In this document: in pieces, positions 37,336-47,689 of the stretch | Numbering within the stretch: position 1 is the first letter of the stretch | Layout of the letters: each line of letters begins with the position of its first letter | DNA from: Candidatus Tepidifontimicrobium thermophilum | Lineage (GTDB): Bacteria > Sysuimicrobiota > Sysuimicrobiia > Sysuimicrobiales > Sysuimicrobiaceae | Direction: 5' to 3' | DNA: 64,000 nucleotides | NCBI GenBank assembly: GCA_031459915.1 | Contig: JAVKHO010000012.1 | Location: 1-64,000 of the forward strand | Program-made: the position numbers and the translations under genes | The notes under the pieces: model-generated | What the model saw: the letters and a program-made list of their open reading frames with translations, nothing else | Told to the model about the DNA's origin: nothing | Database searches by the model: none

Positions 37336-38658
37336 CACGGCAGCCTCTGCCAGCGGCTCGCCCCGCAGCACCCACGAGCCCGCCTCGCGGATGCGGACGG
37401 AGACCACCCGCCCCACCCAGTCGGCAGGTCCGTCCAGGGTGACCACCTTGTTCGTGCGGGTCCGCCCCACCACGCCGCCAGCCCGCCCCACCTCCTCCAC
37501 CAGGACCTCCTGGGTGGTGCCCACCAGGGCCTGGTTCCGCGCGTAGGCCACCCGCTCCGCCAGCTGGTTGAGGGCCCACAGGCGGCGCTGTTTGGTCTCC
37601 TCGTCCACCTGGTCGGGGAAGGTGGCGGCCTTGGTGCCCGGCCGCGGGGAGTAGCTGGCGGTGTTGCAGGCATCGAACCCGACCTGCTCCACCAGCCGCA
37701 AGGTGTTCTCGAACTGCTCCTCGGTCTCGCCCGGAAACCCCACGATGAGGTCGGTGGTGATGCTGGCCTCGGGCAGGTAGCGCCGGATGATGTCCACCGT
37801 CCGCAGGTAGTCAGACACCGTGTACGTCCGGTGCATCCGGCGCAGCACCTCGTCGTCCCCGGACTGCACGGGCAGGTGGATGTGCTCGCACGCCTTCGGG
37901 AGCTCCGCCACCGTGCGGACCAGCTTCTCCGTCATGTCGCGGGGGTGGCTGGTGGTGAACCGGATGCGCTGGATCCCCTCCACCTCGTGCACCCGCCGCA
38001 GCAGGTCCGCCAGGTCCGTGCGCGGGCGCAGGTCGTGGCCGTAGGAGTCCACGTTCTGGCCCAGCAGGGTGACCTCCACGAACCCCTGGGCCGCCAGCTC
38101 CCGGACCTCCGCCACCACCTGCTCGGGCGGCACGCTGCGCTCCCGTCCCCGCACGAAGGGGACGATGCAGAAGGTGCAGAACTTGTTGCAGCCGTGGATG
38201 ATGTTCACGTACGCGCGGACCCGCCCGCGCCGGGCCGCAGGCAGCACCGGGAGCGGCTCGTCCTTGGGACGGCGGTCCCACACCTCGTACACCCGCTGGC
38301 AGCCCTCCTGCACCTGACGGAGTAGGTCGGGCAACCGGTGCAGGTTGTGGACGCCGAACACCAGGTCCACGTGCGGGACCCGCCGGAGCACCTCCTCGCG
38401 GTCCTTCTGCACCAGGCAGCCAGCGACCCCGAGGATCAGGTTCGGTTTCCGCTGCTTGAGCCGCCGCAGCTCGCCCAGCCGTCCGTAGGCGCGCTCGTCC
38501 GCGCCCTCCCGGACGGTGCAGGTGTTCACCAGCACCACGTCCGCGTCTTCGGGTCCTTCCGCGGGCTGGTAACCCATGGACTCCAACAACCCCGCGAGGG
38601 TCTCGGAGTCCCGGACGTTCATCTGGCAGCCGTAGGTGATGACGTGGTAGCGCGGCAT
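37327..38658 (-). CDS. miaB: tRNA methylthiotransferase
   Basis: TYGCQMN..DSE, GCNKFCTFC, FTTSHP, C-terminal TRAM domain. Confidence 0.97.
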   Translation of the reverse strand: MPRYHVITYGCQMNVRDSETLAGLLESMGYQPAEGPEDADVVLVNTCTVREGADERAYGRLGELRRLKQRKPNLILGVAGCLVQKDREEVLRRVPHVDLVFGVHNLHRLPDLLRQVQEGCQRVYEVWDRRPKDEPLPVLPAARRGRVRAYVNIIHGCNKFCTFCIVPFVRGRERSVPPEQVVAEVRELAAQGFVEVTLLGQNVDSYGHDLRPRTDLADLLRRVHEVEGIQRIRFTTSHPRDMTEKLVRTVAELPKACEHIHLPVQSGDDEVLRRMHRTYTVSDYLRTVDIIRRYLPEASITTDLIVGFPGETEEQFENTLRLVEQVGFDACNTASYSPRPGTKAATFPDQVDEETKQRRLWALNQLAERVAYARNQALVGTTQEVLVEEVGRAGGVVGRTRTNKVVTLDGPADWVGRVVSVRIREAGSWVLRGEPLAEAAVVG

Positions 38659-38659
38659 C

Positions 38660-39157
38660 CTACGCCGCCCCCTGGGGCCGCAGGACCGGCAGCACCAAGC
38701 GGAACACCGCCAGGCTGATCCCGCTGTCCACCAAGTGGTGCAGGACGGTACCCCCAGCCACGAACAGCCCCGCCTGGAAACCCGTCCCCAGCCACCACAC
38801 CGCCAGCCCCTCGCCCACCGCGTGGATGGGAAGCGCTACCGCCAGCGCAGCCCAGAACGGCCAGCCCCGGCGGACCAGAAGCGCCCCCACGAGCCCCCAC
38901 ACGGCATGGGTGAAGGCGCGGGCTCCGATCACGGGGTTCAGGGTGATGGTGAACCCCACCGCGGAACCCAGCCCCACGAGCGCCGCCACCGCGGGGCTCA
39001 CCAGCATGGACAGCATGGACGGGACGTGGGAGGCGAAGGTGGCGGAGTAGTTGAGCGCAGGGATAAAGAGCTGCAGCGGCGTTCCCCGGAACGCGAAGGG
39101 GATGAGCAGAGCCACGGCGGTCAGCAGCCCTCCCACGGTGATCTCCCGGGTGCTCAT
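38660..39157 (-). CDS. ECF S-component, NiaX-like (niacin?)
   Basis: LLTA...LIP, T.ASHVP, SP..A..V..GS..GF, RA..H, PIHA..E; substrate is inferred. Confidence 0.7.
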   Translation of the reverse strand: MSTREITVGGLLTAVALLIPFAFRGTPLQLFIPALNYSATFASHVPSMLSMLVSPAVAALVGLGSAVGFTITLNPVIGARAFTHAVWGLVGALLVRRGWPFWAALAVALPIHAVGEGLAVWWLGTGFQAGLFVAGGTVLHHLVDSGISLAVFRLVLPVLRPQGAA

Positions 39158-39227
39158 GGAGCCCTCCTCCTCTCGGCCAATAGGATGATACGACGGCCCG
39201 CCGCGCGGCGCTTCCCGGGCCGTCAGG

Positions 39228-42200
39228 TCACCCCAGGGCCGCGGGGCCCGCGGTGGGCTGCGGGATCGGGGCAGCCTGGGCGAACTCCACCGCGTCCAGC
39301 AGCGCCCAGGCGGTTTCCAGGGACGTCAGGCAGGGCACCCGGGCCTCGAACGCCGCCCGGCGCAGCCGGAAGCCGGGCCGCGTGGGGTCGTAGCCCACGG
39401 TGGGCACGCACACCACCGCGGCCACCTCGCGGCCCCGCACCGCGGCGACGGCCTCCCCGTAGTCCAGGCGGCGGTGGGGCAGCCCCGCGCGCTGCAGCGC
39501 CTCCGCGGTGCCGGGCGTGGCCCACAGCACCAGCCCTGCCGCCACCGCCCGCCGCGCCAGCCGCACCGCCTCCGCACGCTCCCGCCGCGCCACCGACAAG
39601 AGCAGCGGCCCCTGCAAGGGCAGGCGCGCGCCCGCGGCCACGAAGGCCTTGTACAGCGCACCCGGCAGGTGCCGGTCCAGCCCGATGACCTCTCCTGTAG
39701 ACCGCATCTCCGGCCCCACGGCTACCTCGGCTCCCGGCAGCTTCTCGCTGCTGAACACGGGCGCCTTCACGCCCACCTGCCGTGGGGCCGGCAGGTGGTA
39801 GACGCCCGGGAAGCCCAGTTCCTCAAGGGACGCGCCCAGCATGACCCTCGTGGCCACCTGCACCAGGGGGATCCCCAGCACCTTGCTGACGAAGGGCACC
39901 GTCCGGCTGGCCCGCAGGTTCGCCTCCAGCAGGTACACCCGGTAGCCGTGCACCACGAACTGGGCGTTCAGAAAGCCCCGGACGCCCAGGGCGCGGTTCA
40001 GGGACTGCAGGATCTCCACCACCCTCGAGGCCACCTCGGGCGGCAGGTGCGGCGCAGGGAACACCGTCATGCTGTCCCCGGAGTGCACGCCCGCCCGCTC
40101 CACGTGCTGCATCACGCCGGGCACCAGCAGGTGGGTCCCGTCGCCGATGGCGTCCACCTCCAGCTCCACGCCCGGCAGGTAGCGGTCCACCAGGACCGGG
40201 TGCTGGGGGTCCACCGCCAGGGCGGCCCGCACCACCCGGTCCAGCTCCTCCGCGGAGTACACCACCCGCATCGCCCGGCCGCCCAGCACGTAGGAGGGCC
40301 GCACCAGCACCGGCAGCCCCACCTTTGCCACCAGGTCACGCGCCTCCTCGGGCGACCGCACCGCGCCCCCGGGGGGCCTTGGAATCCCCAGGCGGCTGAG
40401 GAGGGCGTCGAACTTCTCCCGGTCCTCCGAGATGTCCAGGCTGTCCGCGGAGGTCCCCAGCACGGGTACACCCGCCCGGTGCAGGGGCCCGGCCAGGTTC
40501 AGGGCCGTCTGGCCCCCGAACTGCACCAGCACCCCCACCGGCCGTTCCTTTTCCACCACGTGCAGCACGTCCTCCACCGACAGCGGCTCGAAGTACAGCC
40601 GGTCGGAGATGTCGAAGTCGGTGCTGACGGTCTCGGGGTTGCAGTTCACCACCACCGCCCGCAGGCCCGCTTCCCGCAGGGACCGCACCGCGTGCACCGT
40701 GCTGTAGTCGAACTCGATGCCCTGGGCGATGCGGATGGGCCCGGAGCCGAGCACGACCGCGCAGGGCCGTGGGTCGTCCTCCGCCTCGTCCTCCTCCTCG
40801 TAGGTGCTGTAGTAGTACGGCGTGGCCGCGGGGAACTCTCCCGCGCACGTGTCCACCAGTTTGTAGGAGGGCCGCAGCCCCAGCGACTTCCGGTAGGCCC
40901 GCACCGCCTCCTCCGTGGTCCCCCAGACCCGCGCCACCTCCGCGTCCGACATCCCCACCCGCTTGGCCTCCGTCAGGGCTTCTGGCGACCGGTCGCGCGC
41001 CAGATGCCGCTCCACCTCCACCACCCGCGCCAGCTCCCACACGAAGAAGGGGTCCACCAGGCTGCGGCGGCTCAGCTCCTGTGGGTCCGCCCCGCGCCGC
41101 AAAAGTTCCGCCAGGGCCCACAGCCGCTCGTCGCAGGGGGTCTGTGCCCGCGCCCACAGGGCGTCGTCAGGAAGCGCCGCCAGCTGCGGGTGGTACAGGC
41201 CCACCCCCCCCGCCTCCACGCTCCGCGCGGCCTTCAGCAGCGCCTCCGTGAAGGTCCGGCCGATGGCCATCACCTCTCCCGTGGACTTCATCTGGGTGCC
41301 CAGGCGCCGGTCGGAGTCCGCGAACTTGTCAAACGGCCACCGGGGGATCTTCACCACCACGTAGTCCAGGGCCGGCTCGAAGCACGCGGTCCCGCGGGTG
41401 ATGGGGTTCTGGATCTCCCACAGGCGGTAGCCCACCGCGATCTTGGCGGCCACCCGCGCGATGGGGTAGCCGGTGGCCTTGCTGGCCAGGGCGCTGCTGC
41501 GGGACAGCCGCGGGTTCACCTCGATCACGTAGTACCGCTCGGAGGCGGGGTCGAGGGCGAACTGCACGTTGCACGCCCCACGCACGTCCAGGGCCCGGAC
41601 GATGCTCAACGCCGCGCTGCGCAGCATCTGGTGCTCCCGGTCGCTGAGGGTGAGGCTCGGCGCCACCACGATGCTGTCCCCGGTGTGCACGCCCATGGGG
41701 TCTACGTTCTCCATGTTGCACACGGTGATCGCGTTGTCGTCCGCGTCCCGCACCACCTCGTACTCGATCTCCTTCCAGCCGCGGACGCTGCGCTCCACCA
41801 GCACCTGGCCGATGGGGCTGGTGGCGATCCCGCGGGCCGCCACCTCGTACACCGCCTCCCGCCCCTCCGCCAGACCGCCGCCGGTGCCGCCCAGGGTGAA
41901 GGCGGGCCGGATCACCACCTCGCCGCCCAGGGCCTCCGCAAACGCCACCGCCTCCTCCGGGGTGGAGGCGACGGTGCTCTCCGGCACCGGCTGGCCGATG
42001 CGGGCCATCAGGTCCCGGAAGCGCTCCCGGTCCTCCGCGTCGTGGATGGCGTGCAGGGGGGTGCCCAAAAGTTCCACACCCAGCCGTTCCAGGACACCCA
42101 GGCGCGCCAGCTCCGCGGCCAGGTTGAGTCCCACCTGCCCTCCGAGGGTGGCCAGAAGCCCCTGGGGCCGCTCCACCTCCAGGACCCGGGCCACGGACGC

Positions 42201-42413
42201 CGCGGTGAGGGGCTCCAGGTACACCCGGTCCGCAGTCTCGGGGTCGGTCATGATGGTGGCGGGGTTGCTGTTGACCAGCACCACCTCCACGCCTTCCTCC
42301 GCCAGCGCCCGGCAGGCCTGGGTCCCCGAGTAGTCGAACTCCGCGGCCTGCCCGATGACGATGGGGCCGGAGCCGATCACCACCACCTTCCGGAGGTCGG
42401 CTCGCCTGGGCAC
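39228..42413 (-). CDS. carB: Carbamoyl-phosphate synthase large subunit
   Basis: GSGPIVIGQAAEFDYSG, duplicated ATP-grasp domains, MGS-like C-terminus; GTG 42413. Confidence 0.97.
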   Translation of the reverse strand: MPRRADLRKVVVIGSGPIVIGQAAEFDYSGTQACRALAEEGVEVVLVNSNPATIMTDPETADRVYLEPLTAASVARVLEVERPQGLLATLGGQVGLNLAAELARLGVLERLGVELLGTPLHAIHDAEDRERFRDLMARIGQPVPESTVASTPEEAVAFAEALGGEVVIRPAFTLGGTGGGLAEGREAVYEVAARGIATSPIGQVLVERSVRGWKEIEYEVVRDADDNAITVCNMENVDPMGVHTGDSIVVAPSLTLSDREHQMLRSAALSIVRALDVRGACNVQFALDPASERYYVIEVNPRLSRSSALASKATGYPIARVAAKIAVGYRLWEIQNPITRGTACFEPALDYVVVKIPRWPFDKFADSDRRLGTQMKSTGEVMAIGRTFTEALLKAARSVEAGGVGLYHPQLAALPDDALWARAQTPCDERLWALAELLRRGADPQELSRRSLVDPFFVWELARVVEVERHLARDRSPEALTEAKRVGMSDAEVARVWGTTEEAVRAYRKSLGLRPSYKLVDTCAGEFPAATPYYYSTYEEEDEAEDDPRPCAVVLGSGPIRIAQGIEFDYSTVHAVRSLREAGLRAVVVNCNPETVSTDFDISDRLYFEPLSVEDVLHVVEKERPVGVLVQFGGQTALNLAGPLHRAGVPVLGTSADSLDISEDREKFDALLSRLGIPRPPGGAVRSPEEARDLVAKVGLPVLVRPSYVLGGRAMRVVYSAEELDRVVRAALAVDPQHPVLVDRYLPGVELEVDAIGDGTHLLVPGVMQHVERAGVHSGDSMTVFPAPHLPPEVASRVVEILQSLNRALGVRGFLNAQFVVHGYRVYLLEANLRASRTVPFVSKVLGIPLVQVATRVMLGASLEELGFPGVYHLPAPRQVGVKAPVFSSEKLPGAEVAVGPEMRSTGEVIGLDRHLPGALYKAFVAAGARLPLQGPLLLSVARRERAEAVRLARRAVAAGLVLWATPGTAEALQRAGLPHRRLDYGEAVAAVRGREVAAVVCVPTVGYDPTRPGFRLRRAAFEARVPCLTSLETAWALLDAVEFAQAAPIPQPTAGPAALG

Positions 42414-42414
42414 G

Positions 42415-43521
42415 TCAGGCCGTCCCCGCCGCGCGCGCGGTCGGGCGCGCGGGCTGCAGGCGCTCCAGGAAGCGGTCAAACAGGTCCCGGGAGTCCCGGG
42501 GCCCGGGCCGGGCCTCCGGGTGGAACTGCACCGCGAACACCGGCAAAGCTTCGTGTGCGAGGCCCTCCACGGTGCCGTCGTGCAGGTTGCGGTGGGTCAC
42601 CCGCAGGCCGGTGCCGGCCAGGCTCGCCTCGTCCACCGCGTAGCCGTGGTTCTGGGTGGTGATGCGCACGCGCCCTGTGTCCACGTCCAGCACCGGGTGG
42701 TTGGAGCCCCGGTGTCCGAAGGGCAGCTTGAAGGTCCTCGCCCCTGCGGCCAGGGCCACCAGCTGGTTGCCCAGACACACGCCGAACACCGGCACCCGCC
42801 CCCACAGGGCCCGGACCTCCCGGGCCGTGGCCTGCAGGCGCGCGGGGTCGCCCGGGCCGTTGCTCACCACCACGCCGTCGGGGTTCAAACTCAGAATCTC
42901 CCGGGCCGTGGCGCGGTGGGGGACCACCACCACCTCGCAGCCCCTGGCGTGCAGCTCCCGTGCGATGCCGAGCTTGAGCCCGCAGTCCACCACGGCCACC
43001 CTGGGGCCCTCGCCGGGCAACGTGAAGGGAGCGGGCGGGGAGACCTCCTCCACCACGTCCACGCACGACAGGTCCGGCACCGACCGGGCCTGTTCCACCA
43101 GCTCCCGTGGGTCCCGGGCTCCCGTGGCCAGCACGCCCCGCTTGAGCCCGCCGGCCCTCAGGTGGCGGACCAGCTTCCGGGTGTCCACCCCTTCCAGCGC
43201 CACCACGCCCCAACGCCTCAGGTAGTCGGACAGGGGGATGCGGCCGGCCCAGTGCCACGTGTACGGGCTGCAGTGGCGCACCACGAACCCGCGCAGGAAC
43301 GGCCGCCGGGACTCCGCCCAGCCGGGCTCGACCCCGTAGGTGCCCATCATGGGGAAGGCCATCACCACGATCTGGCCCGCGTACGAGGGGTCCGTGAGGA
43401 CCTCCGGATATCCGGTCATGCTGGTGGTGAACACCACCTCGCCCGCGGCCTCGCCCTCCGCCCCCACGCTGCGGCCCCGCAGCACCAGCCCGTCCTCCAG
43501 CGCCAGGTACGCCTCCGTCAC
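42415..43521 (-). CDS. carA: Carbamoyl-phosphate synthase small subunit
   Basis: GEVVF.T.MTGY, SNGPGDP, CLGNQ, QFHPEA.PGP; GTG 43521. Confidence 0.97.
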   Translation of the reverse strand: MTEAYLALEDGLVLRGRSVGAEGEAAGEVVFTTSMTGYPEVLTDPSYAGQIVVMAFPMMGTYGVEPGWAESRRPFLRGFVVRHCSPYTWHWAGRIPLSDYLRRWGVVALEGVDTRKLVRHLRAGGLKRGVLATGARDPRELVEQARSVPDLSCVDVVEEVSPPAPFTLPGEGPRVAVVDCGLKLGIARELHARGCEVVVVPHRATAREILSLNPDGVVVSNGPGDPARLQATAREVRALWGRVPVFGVCLGNQLVALAAGARTFKLPFGHRGSNHPVLDVDTGRVRITTQNHGYAVDEASLAGTGLRVTHRNLHDGTVEGLAHEALPVFAVQFHPEARPGPRDSRDLFDRFLERLQPARPTARAAGTA

Positions 43522-43532
43522 CCTGCACCTCC

Positions 43533-43570
43533 GTGGCATGAGTATGCACGATACTGCATAGATATGCAAC
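43533..43570 (-). promoter_or_regulatory. Tandem ARG boxes overlapping the carA promoter
   Basis: TGCATAGATATGCA (43555-68) and GGCATGAGTATGCA (43535-48), 20-bp period; overlapping TTGCAT-N17-CATACT. Confidence 0.8.
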
Positions 43571-43711
43571 GCCGGACGCGCCTCACCGGCGGGTCCGCGC
43601 CGCGTGCGGCCGGACGGAAGTGCACCTGTACGTCGGGGGAACCCGTGGGGTCGGCAGGACACCAGCCATAGCTCCCTCCCGGAGAGCCTTCATGGCGTTT
43701 TGGACAGTCTA

Positions 43712-44428
43712 TCAGTGGTCGGTGCGGGAAGTAAAGCCCCGGAGGCACAGGACCACCGCCGCGGCGGCCACCGCGGCGGTCTCCGTGCGCAGCACCAGCG
43801 GCCCCAGGCTGCACAGGGTGCCCACCTCTTCCAGCCGGGCCACCTCCGCGGCGTCGAAGCCGCCCTCCGGCCCCACGAACAGCGCCAGGTCGCAGGCGGA
43901 GGACTCCCTCACCAGGTCCGCCAGGGGACGCCCTCCGCTTTCCCACAGGACCAGCCGCAGCTGGTGCGCCCGGAACCGCTCCACAGCCTGGGGGAAGTCC
44001 ACCACGCGCTCCACCTCCGGAACCGTGGGACGGCCGCACTGCTTGGCCGCCTCCGCCACCACCCGGCGCCAGCGCTCGGAGCGGTCTCCAGTCGCGACGG
44101 TGCGCCGGGTCCGCACCGGGACGAAGCTTGCGACCCCCAGCTCCGTGCCCATGCGGACCACCAGGTCCATGCGGTCTCCCTTGGGCACGCCCTGATACAG
44201 GGTGAGCCGGTACGGGAGGGAGGCTGCGGGCAAAGCGCGCACCACCCGCGCCCGCGCGGGCGCGACCTCCACCAGCTCCGCCTCCCACTGGCTTCCCGCG
44301 CCGTCGAAGGCCAGGAACCGGTCGCCTGGCTGTAGCCGCAGCACCCGCACCGCGTGGCGGGCCTGGCGGGGGTCCAGGAGCAGCCAGGTGGGATCGCGGG
44401 GGTCCGGTCTAGCCAGAAGGCGCCGCAC
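43712..44428 (-). CDS. rsmE: 16S rRNA m3U1498 methyltransferase
   Basis: H...VLR, TELG, EAAKQC.R, VGPEGGF, LRTETA. Confidence 0.94.
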   Translation of the reverse strand: MRRLLARPDPRDPTWLLLDPRQARHAVRVLRLQPGDRFLAFDGAGSQWEAELVEVAPARARVVRALPAASLPYRLTLYQGVPKGDRMDLVVRMGTELGVASFVPVRTRRTVATGDRSERWRRVVAEAAKQCGRPTVPEVERVVDFPQAVERFRAHQLRLVLWESGGRPLADLVRESSACDLALFVGPEGGFDAAEVARLEEVGTLCSLGPLVLRTETAAVAAAAVVLCLRGFTSRTDH

Positions 44429-45317
44429 GGTTTTGCCCGCCCGCGGCGCGCAGCACCGCGGCCCTCCACTCGCCGTCCCGCAGCAGGCGCTCCACCCGCA
44501 GGCCGTGCGCTGCGGCGGCCTCCAGGACCGACTTCGCGTTGCCGGCCACCATCCCCGATACCACCCAGGCACCGCCCGGCCGCAGGTGACGGCCCACCAG
44601 GGGCACTGCCCGGAGCAGCACCTCCGCGGTGATGTTCATCAGCACCACGTCCGCCCGGCCCCGCACCGGTCCGAACAGGTCCCCGCACCGCACCACCACC
44701 CGGTCGCTCACGCGGTTGGCCCGCGCGTTGGCCCGCGCGATCTGGCAGGCCAGCCGGTCGCAGTCCACCGCCAGCACCCGCGCGCCCAGCTTGGCCGCGG
44801 CGATGGCCAGGATTCCGGACCCGGTCCCCACGTCCAACACCCGCGCACCCCTTCGCACCAGGTCAGGCAGCACCCGCAGGCACAGCCGCGTGGACTCGTG
44901 CAGCCCCGTACCGAAGGCCATGCCCGGGTTCAGCACGAGAACCAAGGCCCCGCCGCCACGGCGGTGGTGGGCCCAGGGCGGCCGGACGAGGAACCGACCC
45001 ACCCGGAACGGCTGGAAGTGCCGCCGCCACGCGGTCTCCCACGGCTGTCCCGGGATGGTCCTGACCCGGACCTGGCAGGCGCCCGGATCCAGCCCCCACG
45101 CCGCCACCTGCCGGATGCGCCCAAGTAGGGCCTCCACGCACCGGCGGGACACCGGGTCATCCGGAAGCCACGCCACCAGCCTCACCCCGCCGTCCCCCCG
45201 CTCCTCCGCCCACCCCGGTACCAGCTCGACCAGCTGTGCCGCTGCCACCTCCGCGGCCTCGGGCGAGGTCACCACGGACACCTCTAGCCAGGACGAACTG
45301 GCCTTGCCCGGCCTCAC
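44409..45317 (-). CDS. prmA: Ribosomal protein L11 methyltransferase
   Basis: W...[26 protein letters not shown]. Confidence 0.94.
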   Translation of the reverse strand: MRPGKASSSWLEVSVVTSPEAAEVAAAQLVELVPGWAEERGDGGVRLVAWLPDDPVSRRCVEALLGRIRQVAAWGLDPGACQVRVRTIPGQPWETAWRRHFQPFRVGRFLVRPPWAHHRRGGGALVLVLNPGMAFGTGLHESTRLCLRVLPDLVRRGARVLDVGTGSGILAIAAAKLGARVLAVDCDRLACQIARANARANRVSDRVVVRCGDLFGPVRGRADVVLMNITAEVLLRAVPLVGRHLRPGGAWVVSGMVAGNAKSVLEAAAAHGLRVERLLRDGEWRAAVLRAAGGQNRAAPSG

Positions 45318-46408
45318 GACAGCAGGTCCTTCACGCGGTCGGAGAACTTGCGGCGCTGGGGCTTGACGTCCAGGCCCATGGTCCTGGCCAGTTCCAGCAG
45401 CAGCCGGCGCTGCTCCCCGGTGAGCTGTCGGGGGATCTCCACCCGCACCCGGAAGTGCAGGTCGCCCCGGCGCCCCTGCAGGTCAGGCATGCCGCGGCCC
45501 TTCAGGGTCAGCACCTCTCCGGGCTGCACGCCTGCGGGCAGGGTGACCCGCTCCGGACCGTCCAGGGTGGGGACCTCCACCTCGTCGCCCAGGGCCGCCT
45601 GGACCATGGAGACGGTCAGATCCGCGTAGAGGTCGCGTCCCTTCCGGTGGAAGACCGGGTGCCGGCTCAGGTGCAGCACCACGTACAGGTCTCCCCGGGG
45701 CCCGCCGTGCACACCCGCCTCGCCCTCCTCCGGAACGCGCAGCGTGGTGCCGTCTTCCGCGCCCGGTGGCACCCGCACGGTCACCGTGCGCTGCGCCTCC
45801 ACGCGCCCGGCACCTCCGCACCGGGCGCACGGGTTCACCAGGATCGTGCCCTCGCCGCCGCAGCGGGGGCACGTGGTGATCTGGGTGAAGTGGCCGAACG
45901 CGGTCCTCCGGGAGTACCGCACCTGCCCCGACCCGGCGCAGGACGGGCATTCCCGCAGCCCGCCGCCTCGCTCCGCGCCGGTTCCGAAACACGACGGGCA
46001 CGTCTCCAGCCGCGTGACCTCCACCGACCGCTCCGCCCCCCGTGCGGCCTCCTCCAGGGTCACCTCCAGGTCGTACCGGAGGTCGGCACCGCGCTGAGGC
46101 CCGCGCTCCTGACGCGGCGCGGCCCCCCCGAAGAAGGCCTCGAACAGCTCCTCGAAGGGGCTGCGGAAGTCAAACGGGCCAGGCGCGGGCGTGCCCCTGC
46201 GGCCCAGGCGGTCGTACTCCGCGCGTTTCTGAGGGTCTGACAGAACCTGGTAGGCCTCGTTGATCTCCTTGAAACGTTCCTCCGCCTGCGGGTCGTCCTT
46301 GCGCACGTCAGGGTGGTACTCGCGGGCCAGGCGGCGGTAAGCCGCCTTGATCTCCTCCAGCGAGGCGTCCCGCGGAACGTTCAGGACCTCGTAGTAGTCG
46401 CGCGGCAT
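45314..46408 (-). CDS. dnaJ: Chaperone DnaJ
   Basis: J-domain HPD, four CxxCxGxG repeats. Confidence 0.97.
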   Translation of the reverse strand: MPRDYYEVLNVPRDASLEEIKAAYRRLAREYHPDVRKDDPQAEERFKEINEAYQVLSDPQKRAEYDRLGRRGTPAPGPFDFRSPFEELFEAFFGGAAPRQERGPQRGADLRYDLEVTLEEAARGAERSVEVTRLETCPSCFGTGAERGGGLRECPSCAGSGQVRYSRRTAFGHFTQITTCPRCGGEGTILVNPCARCGGAGRVEAQRTVTVRVPPGAEDGTTLRVPEEGEAGVHGGPRGDLYVVLHLSRHPVFHRKGRDLYADLTVSMVQAALGDEVEVPTLDGPERVTLPAGVQPGEVLTLKGRGMPDLQGRRGDLHFRVRVEIPRQLTGEQRRLLLELARTMGLDVKPQRRKFSDRVKDLLS

Positions 46409-46534
46409 CGCCTGCGGTCACCCCCTGGCGGCGGGGCCTGCAGCCGACCTCCCCTGGCCCGCCCCACGCACGCGCCATCTAAGTAGGGTACCCCAATAAC
46501 GGAAACGTCGGCCGGTGCCTGGGCCCTCCGGCCC

Positions 46535-47581
46535 CTACACCGCGTAACTGAGGCTGTGGGAGAGGGCCTGGGCCAGGTAGCGGACCAGGGCGATGGTCCG
46601 CGCGTAGGGCATGCGGGTGGGCCCCACCACGCCCACCACGCCGACGGTACGGCCCCGGACGCGGTAGGCGGCAGCCACCACGCTGCAACTCCACATCTCG
46701 CCCACCGGGTTCTCCCGCCCGATCCGGACGTGGACGTCCGTGGGGGCCGGAAGGAGGACGTCCCGGAGCACCTCCTCCCGGTCCAGGGCAGCCAGCACCG
46801 GCCGCGCGCGGCGCACGTCCTGGAACTCCGGCTGCTTGAGGATGTTGGACACGCCCTCCACGAAGAACCGCACGCCGGTCCGCAGGCCCCCGTAGCGGCG
46901 CAGCTGCGCTACGACCGCCTTCACCAGGTCCGCCTGGTCGGGCACGGCCGCGGCGATCCGTTCCGCCACCCCGTCCGTGATCTCCGACACGGACAGACCT
47001 GCCAGGGCCCGGGTGAGCAGCTGGGAGACCTGACGGAGGTCGTCCTCCGTGGCCGGCCGCTGCAGCCGGACCACGCGCTGCTCCACCGCCCCTTCCGCGA
47101 CGACCAACAAAAGCGCCCGCTGGTCCGACAGAGGAACGAGGTGCAGGCGCTGGAGACGTCGAGGCCCGTCCGGGGTGCTGGCCACCGACGGGTAGTCCGT
47201 GAGGGAGGCCAGGGTCTGGACCGCCTCGGCCAGGGCGTCCTCCGGGTGGTCCTTGGACTGCATCCGGCGACGGATGCGCTCGCGTTCTGCCGCGCTCAGC
47301 CGCTGCTCCACGCCTGCGGCCGGGTGACCGGCCATCAGCCAGTCCACGTACAGGCGGTAGGCGCGGTCCGTGGGCACCCGTCCCGCGGAGGTGTGCGGCT
47401 GGTACAGGTAGCCCATCTCCGTGAGGGCGTGCATTCCGTTGCGGATGGTGGCCGCACTCACGCCGAGCCCGTAACGCTGGCACAGGGCTTCCGAGGCCAC
47501 GGGCTCCGCCCGGGCCACGTACTCCTGGATCACCGCCCACAGGATCTGCTGCTTACGCGCGTCCAGCTCCCGCGCCAGCAT
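46535..47581 (-). CDS. hrcA: Heat-inducible transcription repressor
   Basis: ATIRN.M, QPHTSAGRVPT, GPTRM.Y. Confidence 0.95.
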   Translation of the reverse strand: MLARELDARKQQILWAVIQEYVARAEPVASEALCQRYGLGVSAATIRNGMHALTEMGYLYQPHTSAGRVPTDRAYRLYVDWLMAGHPAAGVEQRLSAAERERIRRRMQSKDHPEDALAEAVQTLASLTDYPSVASTPDGPRRLQRLHLVPLSDQRALLLVVAEGAVEQRVVRLQRPATEDDLRQVSQLLTRALAGLSVSEITDGVAERIAAAVPDQADLVKAVVAQLRRYGGLRTGVRFFVEGVSNILKQPEFQDVRRARPVLAALDREEVLRDVLLPAPTDVHVRIGRENPVGEMWSCSVVAAAYRVRGRTVGVVGVVGPTRMPYARTIALVRYLAQALSHSLSYAV

Positions 47582-47625
47582 GGCCAAAACCACACCGACG
47601 GCTCTCGCTCCTCGAGCCCCTCCGC

Positions 47626-47652
47626 CTAGCACTCAGGCGCCCAGAGTGCTAA
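47626..47652. promoter_or_regulatory. CIRCE element
   Basis: CTAGCACTC-N9-GAGTGCTAA upstream of hrcA. Confidence 0.93.
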
Positions 47653-47689
47653 CTCCCGCGCCCACGGTAGCATCCGCGCTGTTGGCCGG

